From Octopus sinensis (Eukaryota): DNA of 64,000 nucleotides. The notes beneath the pieces are model-generated. The model had not been told where the DNA came from. It worked only from the letters and a program-made list of their open reading frames with translations, and did not search any database. Position 1 is the stretch's first letter. The number at the start of each line of letters is the position of its first letter. The position numbers and the translations under genes were made by a program. The stretch covers positions 18,228,001 through 18,292,000 of the forward strand of contig NC_043018.1 in NCBI RefSeq assembly GCF_006345805.1. Direction: 5' to 3'. This document shows positions 1-12,295 of this stretch, one piece after another.

Positions 1-32
1 TGCTTATGGAACAATTGTAAAATTGCTTTGAA

Positions 33-100
<68 letters not shown>

Positions 101-322
101 GATAAAAAAATATTCAGACAAATACATAACAAAAACACCAGGACTTACAAACACATATAACATACAGAAAATTGCACTACTAGGCACTGCACACATCCTA
201 CGCAGAACACTTTCCATACAATAACCATCAGAGCATCACAACAAATCACAGCACATACCCAAGGCACACAGAGCTGCGCTCGGTAGTGAAGTGAAAGCAC
301 GCTATAAAAATAAAACTACTGA
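101..322 (+). mobile_element. 5'-truncated Dong/R4-clade LINE 3' end inserted in (TAA)n
   Basis: 108-224 translates KYSDKYITKTPGLTNTYNIQKIALLGTAHILRRTLSIQ*, the typical R4/Dong C-terminus. A 3' UTR follows, and (AAT)n flanks both sides. Confidence 0.85.
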
Positions 323-349
323 ATAATAATGATAATAATAATAATAATA

Positions 350-403
<54 letters not shown>

Positions 404-405
<2 letters not shown>

Positions 406-636
406 TAGGATGGAAGATTGCAAAGGTAAAGCACTGTACAAAGACTTGAGAATGAATGAAACTGAAAAATGGAACAAATAGGGGGGGTTGCAATAAGGGT
501 GAAACACCTGCAGAAAACAGTACTGCGTGGAACCGCTCCGGATGGTGCTCGAAAAATAAGAGGTGTTACCTTAGTTCACTGGTAGTGAACAGCTGGCATC
601 GTAGTACATCTCCAGCGTTAGAACCTGTGTAAAGAC
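404..636 (+). mobile_element. Degenerate Dong/R4 LINE 3' end, different 3' UTR, in (TAA)n
   Basis: HLQKTVLRGTA matches the LQKxVLLGTA motif; flanked by (AAT)n. Confidence 0.65.
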
Positions 637-867
637 AATAATAATAATAATAATAAAATAATAATAATAATAATATAATAATAATAATAATAATAATAAT
701 GAAATGAGACGTCAAATTCGGAACTGGTGCGACAGAGGCTCGCGTTCTCATATCATCCAGTCTACTCCATCTCTGTTCAGGTGTCTCCTCAACTCACCGC
801 TGATGCTTTGAGAGGGTCTTTTGACTCTGGCACCCAAATGAAATACTTACACACATGCATACACAAA

Positions 868-935
868 CTCTTTGCCCTAGGAGTCGGGAAGACACTCGGC
901 AAGAAATGGAAGCAAATTTGAAAGAAGAAAAAAAA
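868..935 (+). mobile_element. Dong/R4 3' UTR terminus
   Basis: TTTGCCCTAGGAGTCGGGAAGACACTCGGCAAGAAATGGAAGCAAATTTGAAAGAAGAAAAAA is nearly identical to the 3' end of the minus-strand Dong copy at ~52570-52625 and is followed by (AAT)n. Confidence 0.7.
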
Positions 936-953
936 ATAATAATAATAATAATA

Positions 954-1014
<61 letters not shown>

Positions 1015-2334
1015 TAATAATAATAATGATAAAGTTGAGGATCTTTACGACGAATTTATTGTGAATCCTATCACGTCACTGAATAATAAATTGTTCGTTG
1101 TGCTTTATTGTATATTTCTGACAATAACATCTGTTTTTCAATTTCTTTGCACTATACTTAAATCATATATGTAAATACAAACGATTTTACCAATTCTTTC
1201 TTCCGTTTTTCTTTTTCTTTTTTCAATAATCTCAGAATATGAAAGAGTGTATTTTGAACGAGAGTTGTCAACTGTCGCTACTAATGAAAATATACAAGCC
1301 TTCCTTGCCTCGCGGCAAAACTCCTAATGGAGGGATATTATTAGATCTATCGTGAGAGAAACAGTACGAAATAGGGAGAGAAGAAAATGGACATTGCAAA
1401 AAATATATCGGATGTTGCAAACAACTCTTTCGTTTTCTTATATTTCTGTATTGATTTTTTCATCGTTTCATCAGCTCTCCAGCCGTGACTTTCCTGTATA
1501 CTTTCTTGGTATAAAATAACACGTAGTTTCTTTATATCAGGTTGAGTAAAAAGTAAGCAACGCTGTGAACGATAAAGAATTTGTACCGGAATTTTGCAGA
1601 GTTTTGAAATTTTTTTAAACATAGTTTTTGAAATTGTCTAATAATACAGACATAGAGAGGATCTTTTCTGTTACTGTTACAGATTTTAAAATTTCAAAGT
1701 TACGTGTAAATTTTCAAATTTGGTATATTGAAGTAATTCTTCACACTGAATGCGATTTTGTAATTCATTTATTCCAGAAAATTTTATTTTTAAATGTAAC
1801 AGAATTTCATAATTTTTGACCAATCAGAAAACAGGATTTGGAAGCTAGCATTTTCTGTGTGAAAGCTGTCTATTACAAAATGAAAGCTAAACATTACAAC
1901 GACGAAATTTTAAACAAAACGAAGGCAAAACATTAGAACGATGAAAGTTGTAAAAAGTTCTGAAGTTTTAGTAAGTTTTATCTGGAGAAGAAAATCTAAA
2001 GTGTTGTTTTGCATTCTTGGCAACAGGAAGTCTATGACAAGACACTGTTATCTACATTAGCATCAGATTAAAACGAGTGAGGCAAAATCTGTGGTAAGCA
2101 GAATTAATTTTGGTCGATATGGTCAATAATACACGACACTGCAGATATGATTTACAGACAATGCTTCCATTGGATTTGTGACATTCTATCAACGCAGAGA
2201 ATCTTTGCAAAAGTTAGAGATAATTATTTATATTATTTTCTATTTTCTACCCGTATTTACAACGGAAAACGAAATGAAGCCAACGTGAAGCAAAATCAGT
2301 TTTACGTTTTCATTTTTTGCAATTTTGTTGTAGT

Positions 2335-2345
2335 TGTTATTATTA

Positions 2346-2406
<61 letters not shown>

Positions 2407-2601
2407 GTTGTTGTTGTTGTTGTTATTATTATTTCCATCATTCTAAAGTCGTTATTTTCTCATTTATACCTCTTGCATGCGCCTCCTCTTTCTCCTCATC
2501 ATTTACTTCCTCAATCTCATCACCATAGGTAGCAGCAGCGGCAGCAGAAGCAGCAGCAGTGGCATCGCCACCGTTGTTGTCGTCGTCGTCGTCGTCAGCA
2601 T

Positions 2602-2636
<35 letters not shown>

Positions 2637-2780
2637 CCATTAAGATCCTCATCACCACCATCACCGTCACCGTCGTCAATATCACAACCAGCATCATTAT
2701 CATCATCATTATCATCATCAGTAGCAACATCGTCATCGTCGTCATCGTCGTCGTTGTCATCGTCATCACCATCAGCATCA
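2335..2780. repeat. Compound trinucleotide microsatellite (ATT/GTT/GCA/TCA/TCG)
   Basis: Successive triplet tracts are directly visible and generate spurious poly-L/I/D ORFs. Confidence 0.9.
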
Positions 2781-2894
2781 AACTGGATGCACATCAAACA
2801 TGGACATTTTGTTCTTGTTAGTTTTTATTGACTTTTCTACGTCATTTTTATATTATACTATATACTTACATCCATCAATATATATATATATGTG

Positions 2895-2935
<41 letters not shown>

Positions 2936-3484
2936 AACACACAAACACGCAATTTTCTATTTTTAAACTCAACCCTTTGTCATATTCGTCCAAATTCTGT
3001 TTTCTTAGACAATTCTTTTCTTTTTCTTCTCCACCATACCAACCAGTTTCTCTTCTCTTTTGGGGAATCCACGCATCCTTTTTTGTTTTTCTATGTTTTT
3101 TAGTGTTTAAGCTATTTTTTTTTTATATATTTCTATCTAATTAGAGTTTTCTTTTCCTTTTTGTTGAAATCTGATAAATTTTCGCTGACAGCTAAGTTTG
3201 ATTTTAAAGATTTTTCTGTCTTAAGGAAATTAGCTTTGTAATCACTTTTAACGAAAGATAAAACAAATAATGAAAAAAAAAACCCTACGATAACAAAGAT
3301 AAAACAAATAAAAAAAACCACTAATGAACAGAAAGAATCAAACAATTGACGGACGATTATATTTTTTATAGTTTTCTGTCATTTAAGCATTATTTCAAAG
3401 ATTTTCTTGTATACGCATATGTATGCATATATATATATATAATTATATATATATATATATATATGTATATACATAAATATATAC

Positions 3485-3515
<31 letters not shown>

Positions 3516-4151
3516 CTTGTATGTATATATATATATATACTTGTATATATATATATATGAATATATATATATATATATATATAATATATAAATATATATA
3601 TATATATGTGCATATATATATATATTATATATATATATATATGTGTGTGTGTGGTGTGTGTGTGTGTGTGCGTAGATACATATATATACATCTATCTATC
3701 TGTATATATATGTAGATACATATATACATCTATCTATGTCTGTATGTATCTTGATGTACAAAAATGTATATATATATAAATGAATGTGTGTGTGTGCATA
3801 TATATACACACATATATATATGCGTGTATATAGGCATATACGTATATGCATATATATGCACATGTAAATATCCCTAAGAATACTTATGTGCATATATGTT
3901 TATACAGATGTCAACTTCCATGTGTTTATATGTGTGTGTATACTCAAGTATCTTTTAAATTACAGTCATTATGGTACACCAGTGGCTTCAAGGGTTACAG
4001 TTTCGTGCTAGGACGCTTAACAATCCTTTGATCATAGCTTTCCTCGGGTTGTTGTTTTTTCATTAGTACTTTTAGCACGATACTTACACTCAATACATTA
4101 ACGAACTTTCATGACTGAATATCTATCTATGTACCTGTTTGTCTGTCGGTT

Positions 4152-4228
<77 letters not shown>

Positions 4229-4271
4229 CTCTCTCTCTCTCTCTCTATATATATAATATATATATATATAT

Positions 4272-4570
4272 ATTATATAAATTAGAGACAAAACCACTAT
4301 TATGTAAATCAACAAAGAAAGACTTAATCCAATACATAAATTAATTTATATTATTTAGTAATTAACAATTATCAATTGATAATTGATAATTGTTAATTAC
4401 TAAATAATATAAATTATTTATGTATTGGATTAAGTCTTCTTTGTTTGATTTGCATAATAGTGGTTTTGTCTCTAATTTATATAATGTAATATTTTACTAT
4501 AAATTGGATTCAATACTAAATCTGATTTTTCCCTGTAAGTTTGGATTTATTCCTAATATTTTATTATTAA
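4272..4570. mobile_element. Foldback palindrome (~105-bp arms) plus conserved tail; probable Penelope-like terminal inversion
   Basis: ATTATATAAATTAGAGACAAAACCACTATTATG at 4272 pairs with CATAATAGTGGTTTTGTCTCTAATTTATATAAT ending 4485. The tail TTTTTCCCTGTAAGTTTGGATTTATTCC recurs at ~5220 and ~5880. Confidence 0.6.
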
Positions 4571-4578
4571 TTATATAT

Positions 4579-4611
<33 letters not shown>

Positions 4612-4972
4612 CTTATAATATAAGGAGAATGGGACACGGTAGAAAATGAGAACATTTTAGTACCGGTTTCAGACTTAGCGACTTTTTCAACTGAGAGTAA
4701 ATTGCGGAAAAATTAAATTAAATGTTTTTAAAAAATATTTCCATAGCTTTCAAATGCAGGGAGCATTTTCCTTTTATCAGTCTATCTCTGTCTCTCTTTT
4801 TTACTCACAAAGAGTGAATCCGGTACTCAAATTTTCTTCATGATTAAATTATTTTAGCATTTTCTACCTTGTCTTATTTTCTTTATACGTATCAGCTTGT
4901 GTGTTCCATTTCAACCTTCTACATATATATACTTATCTATCTATCTCTTCTACATATATATACTTATCTATC

Positions 4973-5006
<34 letters not shown>

Positions 5007-5013
5007 TATTATA

Positions 5014-5260
5014 ATAAATTAGAGATAAAACCACTTTAGGCAAATCAAACAATGAAAAACATAAGCCAATATATTTAAAATAATATAAAATTAAATAATT
5101 TTATGTATTGGCTTATGTTTTTCATTGTTTGATTTGCCTAATAGTGGTTTTATCTCTAATTTATTAATATAATATAATATTTTTATACTATAAAATTGGA
5201 TTTAATCCTAAATCTGATTTTTCCCTGTAAGTTTGGATTTATTCCCTAATATTTATTATT
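5014..5260. mobile_element. Second, diverged foldback palindrome with the same tail
   Basis: ATAAATTAGAGATAAAACCAC...GTGGTTTTATCTCTAATTTAT (5014-5164), then the same CCCTGTAAGTTTGGATTTATTCC tail; embedded in (TA)n. Confidence 0.6.
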
Positions 5261-5261
5261 A

Positions 5262-5308
<47 letters not shown>

Positions 5309-5362
5309 TTATGTATGATATAGGCGTATATATATATGTGTGTGTGTGTGTGTATGTATGTA

Positions 5363-5505
5363 TAAGAGCTTGGTTCCCAACCACATTGTTGCGTGTTCAG
5401 TCACACTGCGCGGCACCTTGGTCAAGTCTTCTATATCATAGCCTCGGGTCGACCAAAGTGTTGTGAGTGGATTTGGAGAAGACGGAAACTGAAAGAAGCC
5501 CGTCG

Positions 5506-5538
<33 letters not shown>

Positions 5539-5755
5539 GTATGTATTACATTTCTTTGTCTCTCCCCCACTATCGGTTGACAACTGATGTCGGCGTGTTT
5601 GCTTCTTGTAACGTAGCGATTTAGCAAAAGAGACCGACAGAATAATGACTAGACTTTCAATGAATAAGCCCTGGAGTCGATTTGTTCGACTAAAGGCGGT
5701 GCTCCAAAAGGCTGCATTTAATGACAGAAACAAACGAATAAAAGAATAAAAGAAT
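5363..5755 (+). mobile_element. SINE family C (CORE-like body, internal microsatellite), 5'-truncated
   Basis: Matches by eye the copies at 39207, 44528, 57470 and 61835 (CACCTTGGTCAAGTCTTCTATA...GAAACTGAAAGAAGCCCGTCG...GACTAAAGGCGGTGCTCCA). Confidence 0.85.
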
Positions 5756-5906
5756 ATATATATATATAATAATATATTATATATATATATATAATATATA
5801 TTAATTAAGAGAAATAACCTCTATTATATACATATATTATGTATCATGATTTGATTTAGAATTGTGTTAAATTGAATTTTTCCCTGTAAGCTTGGAATTA
5901 TATTCC

Positions 5907-5954
<48 letters not shown>

Positions 5955-6060
5955 TAATTATTAATATTATTATTATTTTTTTTATTATTATTATTATTAC
6001 TACTATATATATATAATTAGGGATGGAGTCGATAACATCTCGGCTACATGTATTTCGTAT

Positions 6061-6347
6061 CTAGTAGAACCACAGATGTAGTAATTACCAAAAAGGAGAG
6101 GTAATCCGCTAGCTACTTATTGGGTCAAAGTTACCTTAGCCAAATGAAGGTTTCACTGTCGTTGCGAGATCCTTGTTAAATCGCAGGGGATTTGATCAAA
6201 AGAGATTCGGTAAAATCTCGTAGCAGTTAACGTGTGATCCTTTGCCAACAATGTCAACTTCATTTAATTAAGGCACCTTTGGCCCGACAAGTAACTAGCG
6301 GATTACTCTCCGCGTTTGGATAATTACTACTTTCGAGGTTCTACTAG
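6061..6347. mobile_element. MITE-like foldback with ~100-bp imperfect terminal inverted repeats
   Basis: CTAGTAGAACC..GTAGTAATTACC..GGTAATCCGCTAGCTACTT pairs with AAGTAACTAGCGGATTAC..GGATAATTACTAC..GGTTCTACTAG. Confidence 0.65.
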
Positions 6348-6356
6348 CTGTGAAAC

Positions 6357-6743
6357 GTGGAGGCGCAATGACCCAGTGGTTAGGGCAGCGGACTCGCGGT
6401 CGTAGGATCGCGGTTTCGATTCCCAGACCGGGCGTTGTGAGTGTTTATTGAGCGAAAACACCTAAAAGCTCCACGAGGCTCCGGCAGGGGATGGTGGTGA
6501 TCCCTGCTGTACTCTTTCACTACAACTTTCTCTCACTCTTACTTCCTGTTTCTGTTGTACCTGTATTTCAAAGGGCCGGCCTTGTCACTCTCTGTGTCAC
6601 GCTGAATATCCCCGAGAACTACGTTAAGGGTGCACGTGTCTGTGGAGTGCCCAGCCACTTACACGTTAATTTCACGAGCAGGCTGTTCCGTTGATTCGGA
6701 TCAACCGGAACCCTCGTCGTCGTAACCGACGGAGTGCTTCCTC
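6357..6743 (+). mobile_element. Full-length tRNA-derived SINE family B (OR-like)
   Basis: A-box (TGACCCAGTGG) and B-box (GTTTCGATTCC); 13-bp target-site duplication (TSD) CTAGCTGTGAAAC at 6344-6356 and 6744-6756. Confidence 0.92.
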
Positions 6744-7088
6744 CTAGCTGTGAAACAGAAACATATGTACCTCGGATTTTATTTATTCCATTCCCGAATT
6801 TTTCATTTGTATTCACATACATAGCAACACCAGCTGCTAACGGTGAGCTATAAAGTAAGATTTTCAGCTTATCGGACTTCGATATGGGAAAATTCGCAAC
6901 TTTCTATGTCAATAAACCACTGCTGTTCCTGGTAAACCACTATTGTTCTTATACATTTTACGCACTGGTGGAAGCCTACTTCCTCTATACGTTGATCCTC
7001 AGATCTTACTTTACACACACACACACACACAAATACATGTACGCACATACACACATATATATATATATATATATATGTGTATATATAT

Positions 7089-7147
<59 letters not shown>

Positions 7148-7429
7148 ATGATCTGCCTGCAATAAATACAGTAGTTTGTATCTGTTTCTAGTATAAACAA
7201 ACTCGGAGACCGCAGAATTGTTACCAGAATTTGCATAACAGCTCCGGCGCTGGTTACGAACAATACTTAATAGTTATTTATCTAATAAGCAACTCTTTTG
7301 TTTTCACTCGAGCAAATATTTTCCACAGAGACGTGTTTACATATCTATCCAAACATGGGATGGAGATTTTGTGTTTATATACTTGTAGACACTCACTCTC
7401 ATTCTCTTTCTCTCTCGCTCTCTCTCTCT

Positions 7430-7480
<51 letters not shown>

Positions 7481-7487
7481 ACGCATG

Positions 7488-8051
7488 ATTTTCGGTGAAC
7501 AAGTGAGAACAAATTTTGCTGGAAGTCTTCCTCGCTCAAAATTCGTTGGCATGAGCTCCAGGACACACCAGCTATGTCAACTAGTTCGTCAATTGTTCGG
7601 TGATGGGCCTCCAAGATCAGTTCAGGAATTTTCATAATGTTTCATTCATTCAGGAGTTCGACGGTCGTCCTGAACGAGATTGGTCTTCAACCTACAAGTA
7701 ACCTTTCCAAAAGTGTGAAAATCACCGGAAAACTTGTGTTTTTGCTCAATGCTGCGCCCTTGTAAACAGTTTGAAGCGTGACAGCTGTTTCGGTCGCCGT
7801 TTTCCCTAGCAGGAAACAGAATTTCGCGGAAGCACGCTGTCTCTTTGCTTCAGCCATCGCAAAAATCGACGAACAGGGGAGAAGCGCTGCAAAACAAAGA
7901 CGTGCCATGTGGCAGTACATAACACATGACAACACCAGTTGGCAGTCTGATGCCTGAGGGTTGCATCAAGTGGCTTCTGGCAGCGGAGGCCCGAACTACT
8001 ATGGACTTGTCCCACAGAGAATGTTTCCGGTGACTTTGGAGTACCCCGTCA
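7488..8051 (-). mobile_element. Mariner transposon 5' fragment (TIR plus pseudogenised transposase HTH)
   Basis: TA+TGACGGGGTACTCCAAAGTCACCGG terminal repeat. Frames give QRASAKFCFLLGKTATETAVTLQTVYKGAALSK and RTIDELVDIAGVSWSSCQRILSE, with SRSGRPS between them. Confidence 0.9.
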
Positions 8052-8310
8052 TATGTGTATATATGTGTATGTGAGTATGTATGTTTCCCTGTGTATTTAT
8101 ATGTTTATAAGCAGTGTGTGTGTCTGCATGAGTGTGTGAGTGTGCGTCTGTGTGTGTGTACGTGAGTGTGTGTGTGTGTGCGTGTGTGTGTGTACGTTTG
8201 TGTGTGTGTGTGTGTATATATGTGCGTGTGTACATGGAGTTTCAGTTGCGTATTTTATGTGTACACCTACACGCGAGCGCATGCACATTGGGGAAAACTT
8301 TAATTTACAT

Positions 8311-8605
8311 AGAGCGAAGTGGCATGCCTCAGTGGTTAGAGTGTCGGATTTCTAATAGTGAGGTTGTGAGTTCAATTCCCAGATTGGGCTGTGTGTTGTG
8401 TTCTTGAGCAAGACACTTTATTTCACGTTGCTCCAGTTCACTTTGCTTTTGTCTCTCTCTCTTCGATAACATCGGCAGTGTGGAGACAGGGTGGTGAGGG
8501 GCATGCATGGGCGACTGCTGTCTTTCACAAACAACTTTGCTTGGAAGGGAAACTGTCTATGTGCGATCCCATGGTCGTTCGTGACAGAAAGGGGTCTTTA
8601 CCTTC
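8311..8605 (+). mobile_element. tRNA-derived SINE, CORE/V-like body with a distinct tail
   Basis: CTCAGTGGTTAG A-box, GAGTTCAATTCC B-box, GTGTTCTTGAGCAAGACACTTTATTTCACGTTGCTCCAG body shared with 26893. Confidence 0.75.
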
Positions 8606-9670
8606 TTTTAATTCACACAGGGCGTGATCCAGGCCTAACACCAACGCATGTTTTTGTCTTGAATTATATTTATTTATTTATTCATTTATTTATATTCGTT
8701 TGTATTTTTTTTTTGTGCTTGTTTATTGACAGCAGGTGTTAAAATGAAAGTCGAGGTCCAATTAAAATGATTTTTGTTTTAAGAGGAGGGAGAGGTCGAT
8801 CGAAGGATAAAATAGCCGAAGGTTGAGTGAATGGGGTTACAGATGTCTAAATCATAGCGGAGGGAGTTGGGGGAAAAGGTAATGAACGGACGCCTGTATG
8901 CGTGTGTGACGATGAGTCTGTGTGTGTATATGTGTGTGTGTGTGCGCTGCGTGTGTGTCTGTGTGTGTACTATTCGTATGAATGTGTTTGGCGCGAAGTT
9001 GTGTCCGTATGCATGCGTGTATATGTATGAGGCTGTGTTGACTGCATTAAAGAAGAATGTACGTTGGTGTGTGTGTGTGGGTGTATGTGTTTGAGCGCGC
9101 ACGCAACGTTAAAAGTGTGTATATATATGCGTGCGCTCTTTATGAGTGTGTTGTGTTTCGTTTACTTGATTTTATGTGTTCGTCAGTGTCTATGGATGTA
9201 TGGAATAAGAGTGTGTATACGCTCTATGCGTGTATCTTTATGTGGATGTACGCTGCGTGTATGTATATTTTATGTAAGTGTGGGTTGTGTGTATGTGCGG
9301 TTTTTATGTGAGTAATCGCTATGTGTGTGCTTTTATGTGACATGTGACTTTGCTTTGGATGGGTGAACCGCGATATGGCGGTATGACAAAGTGAATTTTA
9401 TCGAATTTAGGTTCAGAAAGAAGTTAGTGTGGGCAGCGGAATTCAAGGAAATCAGAAAAAAGCATTTTTGAAATGTATAGAGCCACTCTGAAAGGGAGGA
9501 GAAAGATGAAGAGGTAGAGATTGAGAAAGAGAGAGGATGGAGAGAGAGAGAAAATAAAATATGGAAGAAAGAAAGTGTACAAGATGGTCGATTAAAGATG
9601 ATAAAAAGAATGTCATTAATGGGAGGGAGAAAATCAGCGGGATGCTTATAATGTAAGCTTATATATATAT

Positions 9671-9702
<32 letters not shown>

Positions 9703-9935
9703 ATATATATAATTAATCAATATAGGGTGGCAAAAAAAAATTTTGTAGAATTTTTTTGCCACCAGCGGCCTAGTGGGAAAAAATTAATAGTCATAGACCA
9801 TTTTTAAGTTCAACATCAACAATCAAGGAACGGCCATAATAGGCCATTCACCCACTAGAAATAACAGCCAAAGCTTCAACCGCAAATAAAAGTCAATTCC
9901 GTAACAGGAGAAAATTTAAAAACATTTACCCTGTA

Positions 9936-10041
9936 ATTTCTTATACGATGCACCGTTTCGTCTGCTGTTTAATGGTAAACTAACCTGATTAAATTAAATC
10001 AAGCCAATCTTCCATAGGCCCTCAGATTCTTCAGTAAGAAT
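9936..10041 (-). ncRNA. Type I hammerhead ribozyme (unit 1)
   Basis: Minus strand: TTCTTA-CTGAAGA-ATCTG...CAGAC-GAAA-CGGTGCATCG-TA-TAAGAA; GUA cleavage triplet. Confidence 0.7.
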
Positions 10042-10424
10042 AGCCACAAGTCGGAACAGATATTTTCACGAGGCATCTCCGACCCTGCCAAGGTAATATC
10101 TGACCTAAAATTTTCAAATCATCGCACTCGCGCCAATTTATCGGCAGCAATAAATATAAGCCGTCGATTCCATTACGGAATTAACCAGAAAATTCATAAT
10201 TAATCAATATAGGGTGGCAAAAAAAAATTTTGTAGAATTTTTTTGCCACCAGCGGCCTAGTGGGAAAAAATTAAATAGTCATAGACCATTTTTAAGTTCA
10301 ACATCAACAATCAAGGAACGGCCATAATAGGCCATTCACCCACTAGAAATAACAGCCAAAGCTTCAACCGCAAATAAAAGTCAATTCCGTAAACAGGAGA
10401 AAATTTAAAAACATTTACCCTGTA

Positions 10425-10529
10425 ATTTCTTATGCGATGCACCGTTTCGTCTGCTGTTTAATGGTAAACTAACCTGATTAATTAAATCAGCCAATCTTCC
10501 ATAGGCCCTCAGATTCTTCAGTAAGAAAT
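10425..10529 (-). ncRNA. Type I hammerhead ribozyme (unit 2), core variant GCA instead of GUA
   Basis: Same fold, but the plus strand reads TATGCGATG rather than TATACGATG, changing U16.1 to C. Confidence 0.55.
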
Positions 10530-10914
10530 AGCCACAAGTCGGAACAGATATTTTCACGAGGCATCTCCGACCCTGCCAAGGTAATATCTGACCTAAAATT
10601 TTCAAATCATCGCACTCGCGCCAAATTTATCGGCAGCAAATAAATATAAGCCGTCGATTCCATTACGGAATTAACCAGAAAATTCATAATTAATCAATAT
10701 AGGGTGGCAAAAAAAAATTTTGTAGAATTTTTTTGCCACCAGCGGCCTAGTGGGAAAAAATTAAATAGTCATAGACCATTTTTAAGTTCAACATCAACAA
10801 TCAAGGAACGGCCATAATAGGCCATTCACCCACTAGAAATAACAGCCAAAGCTTCAACCGCAAATAAAAGTCAATTCCGTAAACAGAGAAAATTTAAAAA
10901 ACATTTACCCTGTA

Positions 10915-11021
10915 ATTTCTTATACGATGCACCGTTTCGTCTGCTGTTTAATGGTAAACTAACCTGATTAAATTAAATCAAGCCAATCTTCCATAGGCCC
11001 TCAGATTCTTCAGTAAGAAAT
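10915..11021 (-). ncRNA. Type I hammerhead ribozyme (unit 3)
   Basis: 8-bp stem I ATTTCTTA/TAAGAAAT, CUGAAGA and GAAA cores, GUA site. Confidence 0.7.
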
Positions 11022-11449
11022 AGCCACAAGTCGGAACAGATATTTTCACGAGGCATCCCCGACCCTGCCAAGGTAATATCTGACCTAAAATTTTCAAATC
11101 ATCGCACTCGCGCCAAATTTATCGGCAGCAAATAAATATAATGGCCTATTATGAATGGCCTATTATGGCCGTTCCTTGATTGTTGATGTTGAACTTAAAA
11201 ATGGTCTATGACTATTTAATTTTTTCCCACTAGGCCGCTGGTGGCAAAAAAATTCTACAAAATTTTTTTTGCCACCCTATATTGATTAATTATGAATTTT
11301 CTGGTTAATTCCGTAATGGAATCGACGGCTTATATTTATTTGCTGCCGATAAATTTGGCGCGAGTGCGATGATTTGAAAATTTTAGGTCAGATATTACCT
11401 TGGCAGGGTCGGAGATGCCTCGTGAAAATATCTGTTCCGACTTGTGGCT

Positions 11450-11555
11450 ATTTCTTACTGAAGAATCTGAGGGCCTATGGAAGATTGGCTTGATTTAATT
11501 TAATCAGGTAGTTTACCATTAAACAGCAGACGAAACGGTGCATCGTATAAGAAAT
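11450..11555 (+). ncRNA. Type I hammerhead ribozyme (inverted unit)
   Basis: ATTTCTTA(11450-57) CTGAAGA(11458-64) A-TCTG...CAGA-C GAAA(11532-35) CG-GTGCAT-CG TA(11546-47) TAAGAAAT(11548-55). Confidence 0.72.
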
Positions 11556-11808
11556 TACAGGGTAAATGTTTTTAAATTTTCTCCTGTTTACGGAATTGAC
11601 TTTTATTTGCGGTTGAAGCTTTGGCTGTTATTTCTAGTGGGTGAATGGCCTATTATGGCCGTTCCTTGATTGTTGATATATATATATATATATATTTAAA
11701 ATTAAATAAGGGTAGAAATTGATATTAATCAATTAAAACCAGTGGCTTAGCATATTTAAAAAAACATCCGAAGATTAAAAATATTTTTACATACAAAATT
11801 TTGAGCCT

Positions 11809-11997
11809 TGACCACTAAAAGTGGACAGACTATATGCTAAATATAGATGTCAAAATCGCCATTTTCCACGAAGAATGTGTTCTCAAGAAAAAATTTTGGT
11901 CTTTTGTATAAATTTTTTCTTGAGAATACATTCTTCGTGGAAAATGGTGATTTTGACGTCTATATTTAGCATATAGGCTGTCCACTTTTAGTGGTCA
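11809..11997. repeat. Near-perfect hairpin, ~88-bp arms, in a (TA)n-flanked element
   Basis: TGACCACTAAAAGTGGACAG...CTCAAGAAAAAATTT, a short loop, then AAATTTTTTCTTGAG...CTGTCCACTTTTAGTGGTCA. Confidence 0.85.
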
Positions 11998-12038
11998 TTC
12001 CTCTAAATTTTGTATATATATATATATATATATATATA

Positions 12039-12243
12039 ATGTGACCGCGTGTGTACCGTTGGCGATTTTTTTCCTTCGTCTTCCCTTCTCTGGATCTTTC
12101 CTTTTCCTATGTTTCTGACGAAGAGCTCCGCTCGAAACGTAAAACCCTCCTTCTTCCCTTCCTTCCTGAGCGTCCAATAATACTATATTTGTTCCACGTC
12201 CTCGCTTTGTTGTGTTTTCTCTTTGTGTTTTCATGTTTGGATT
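12039..12243 (+). mobile_element. ~200-bp Penelope-like LTR fragment with a minimal hammerhead (12111-12145)
   Basis: GTTT-CTGACGA-A-GAGC-TCC-GCTC-GAAA-CGT-A-AAAC. Near-identical copies at 17639 and 28641, all in (TA)n. Confidence 0.7.
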
Positions 12244-12246
12244 ATT

Positions 12247-12292
<46 letters not shown>

Positions 12293-12295
12293 GTG

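Larger units (their letters stand above)
9711..11677. repeat. Tandem ~489-bp non-coding units (3 direct, the third slightly truncated) plus one inverted unit; retrozyme/Penelope pseudo-LTR-like array
   Basis: Units start at 9711, 10198 and 10688. ~11153-11677 is the reverse complement of one unit plus ~35 bp. (TA)n flanks both ends. Confidence 0.9.

Noticed and set aside
2438-2797. 119-aa poly-Asp ORF resembling an acidic biomineralisation protein
   Set aside because: It lies wholly within a compound triplet microsatellite, with no signal peptide or splice support.
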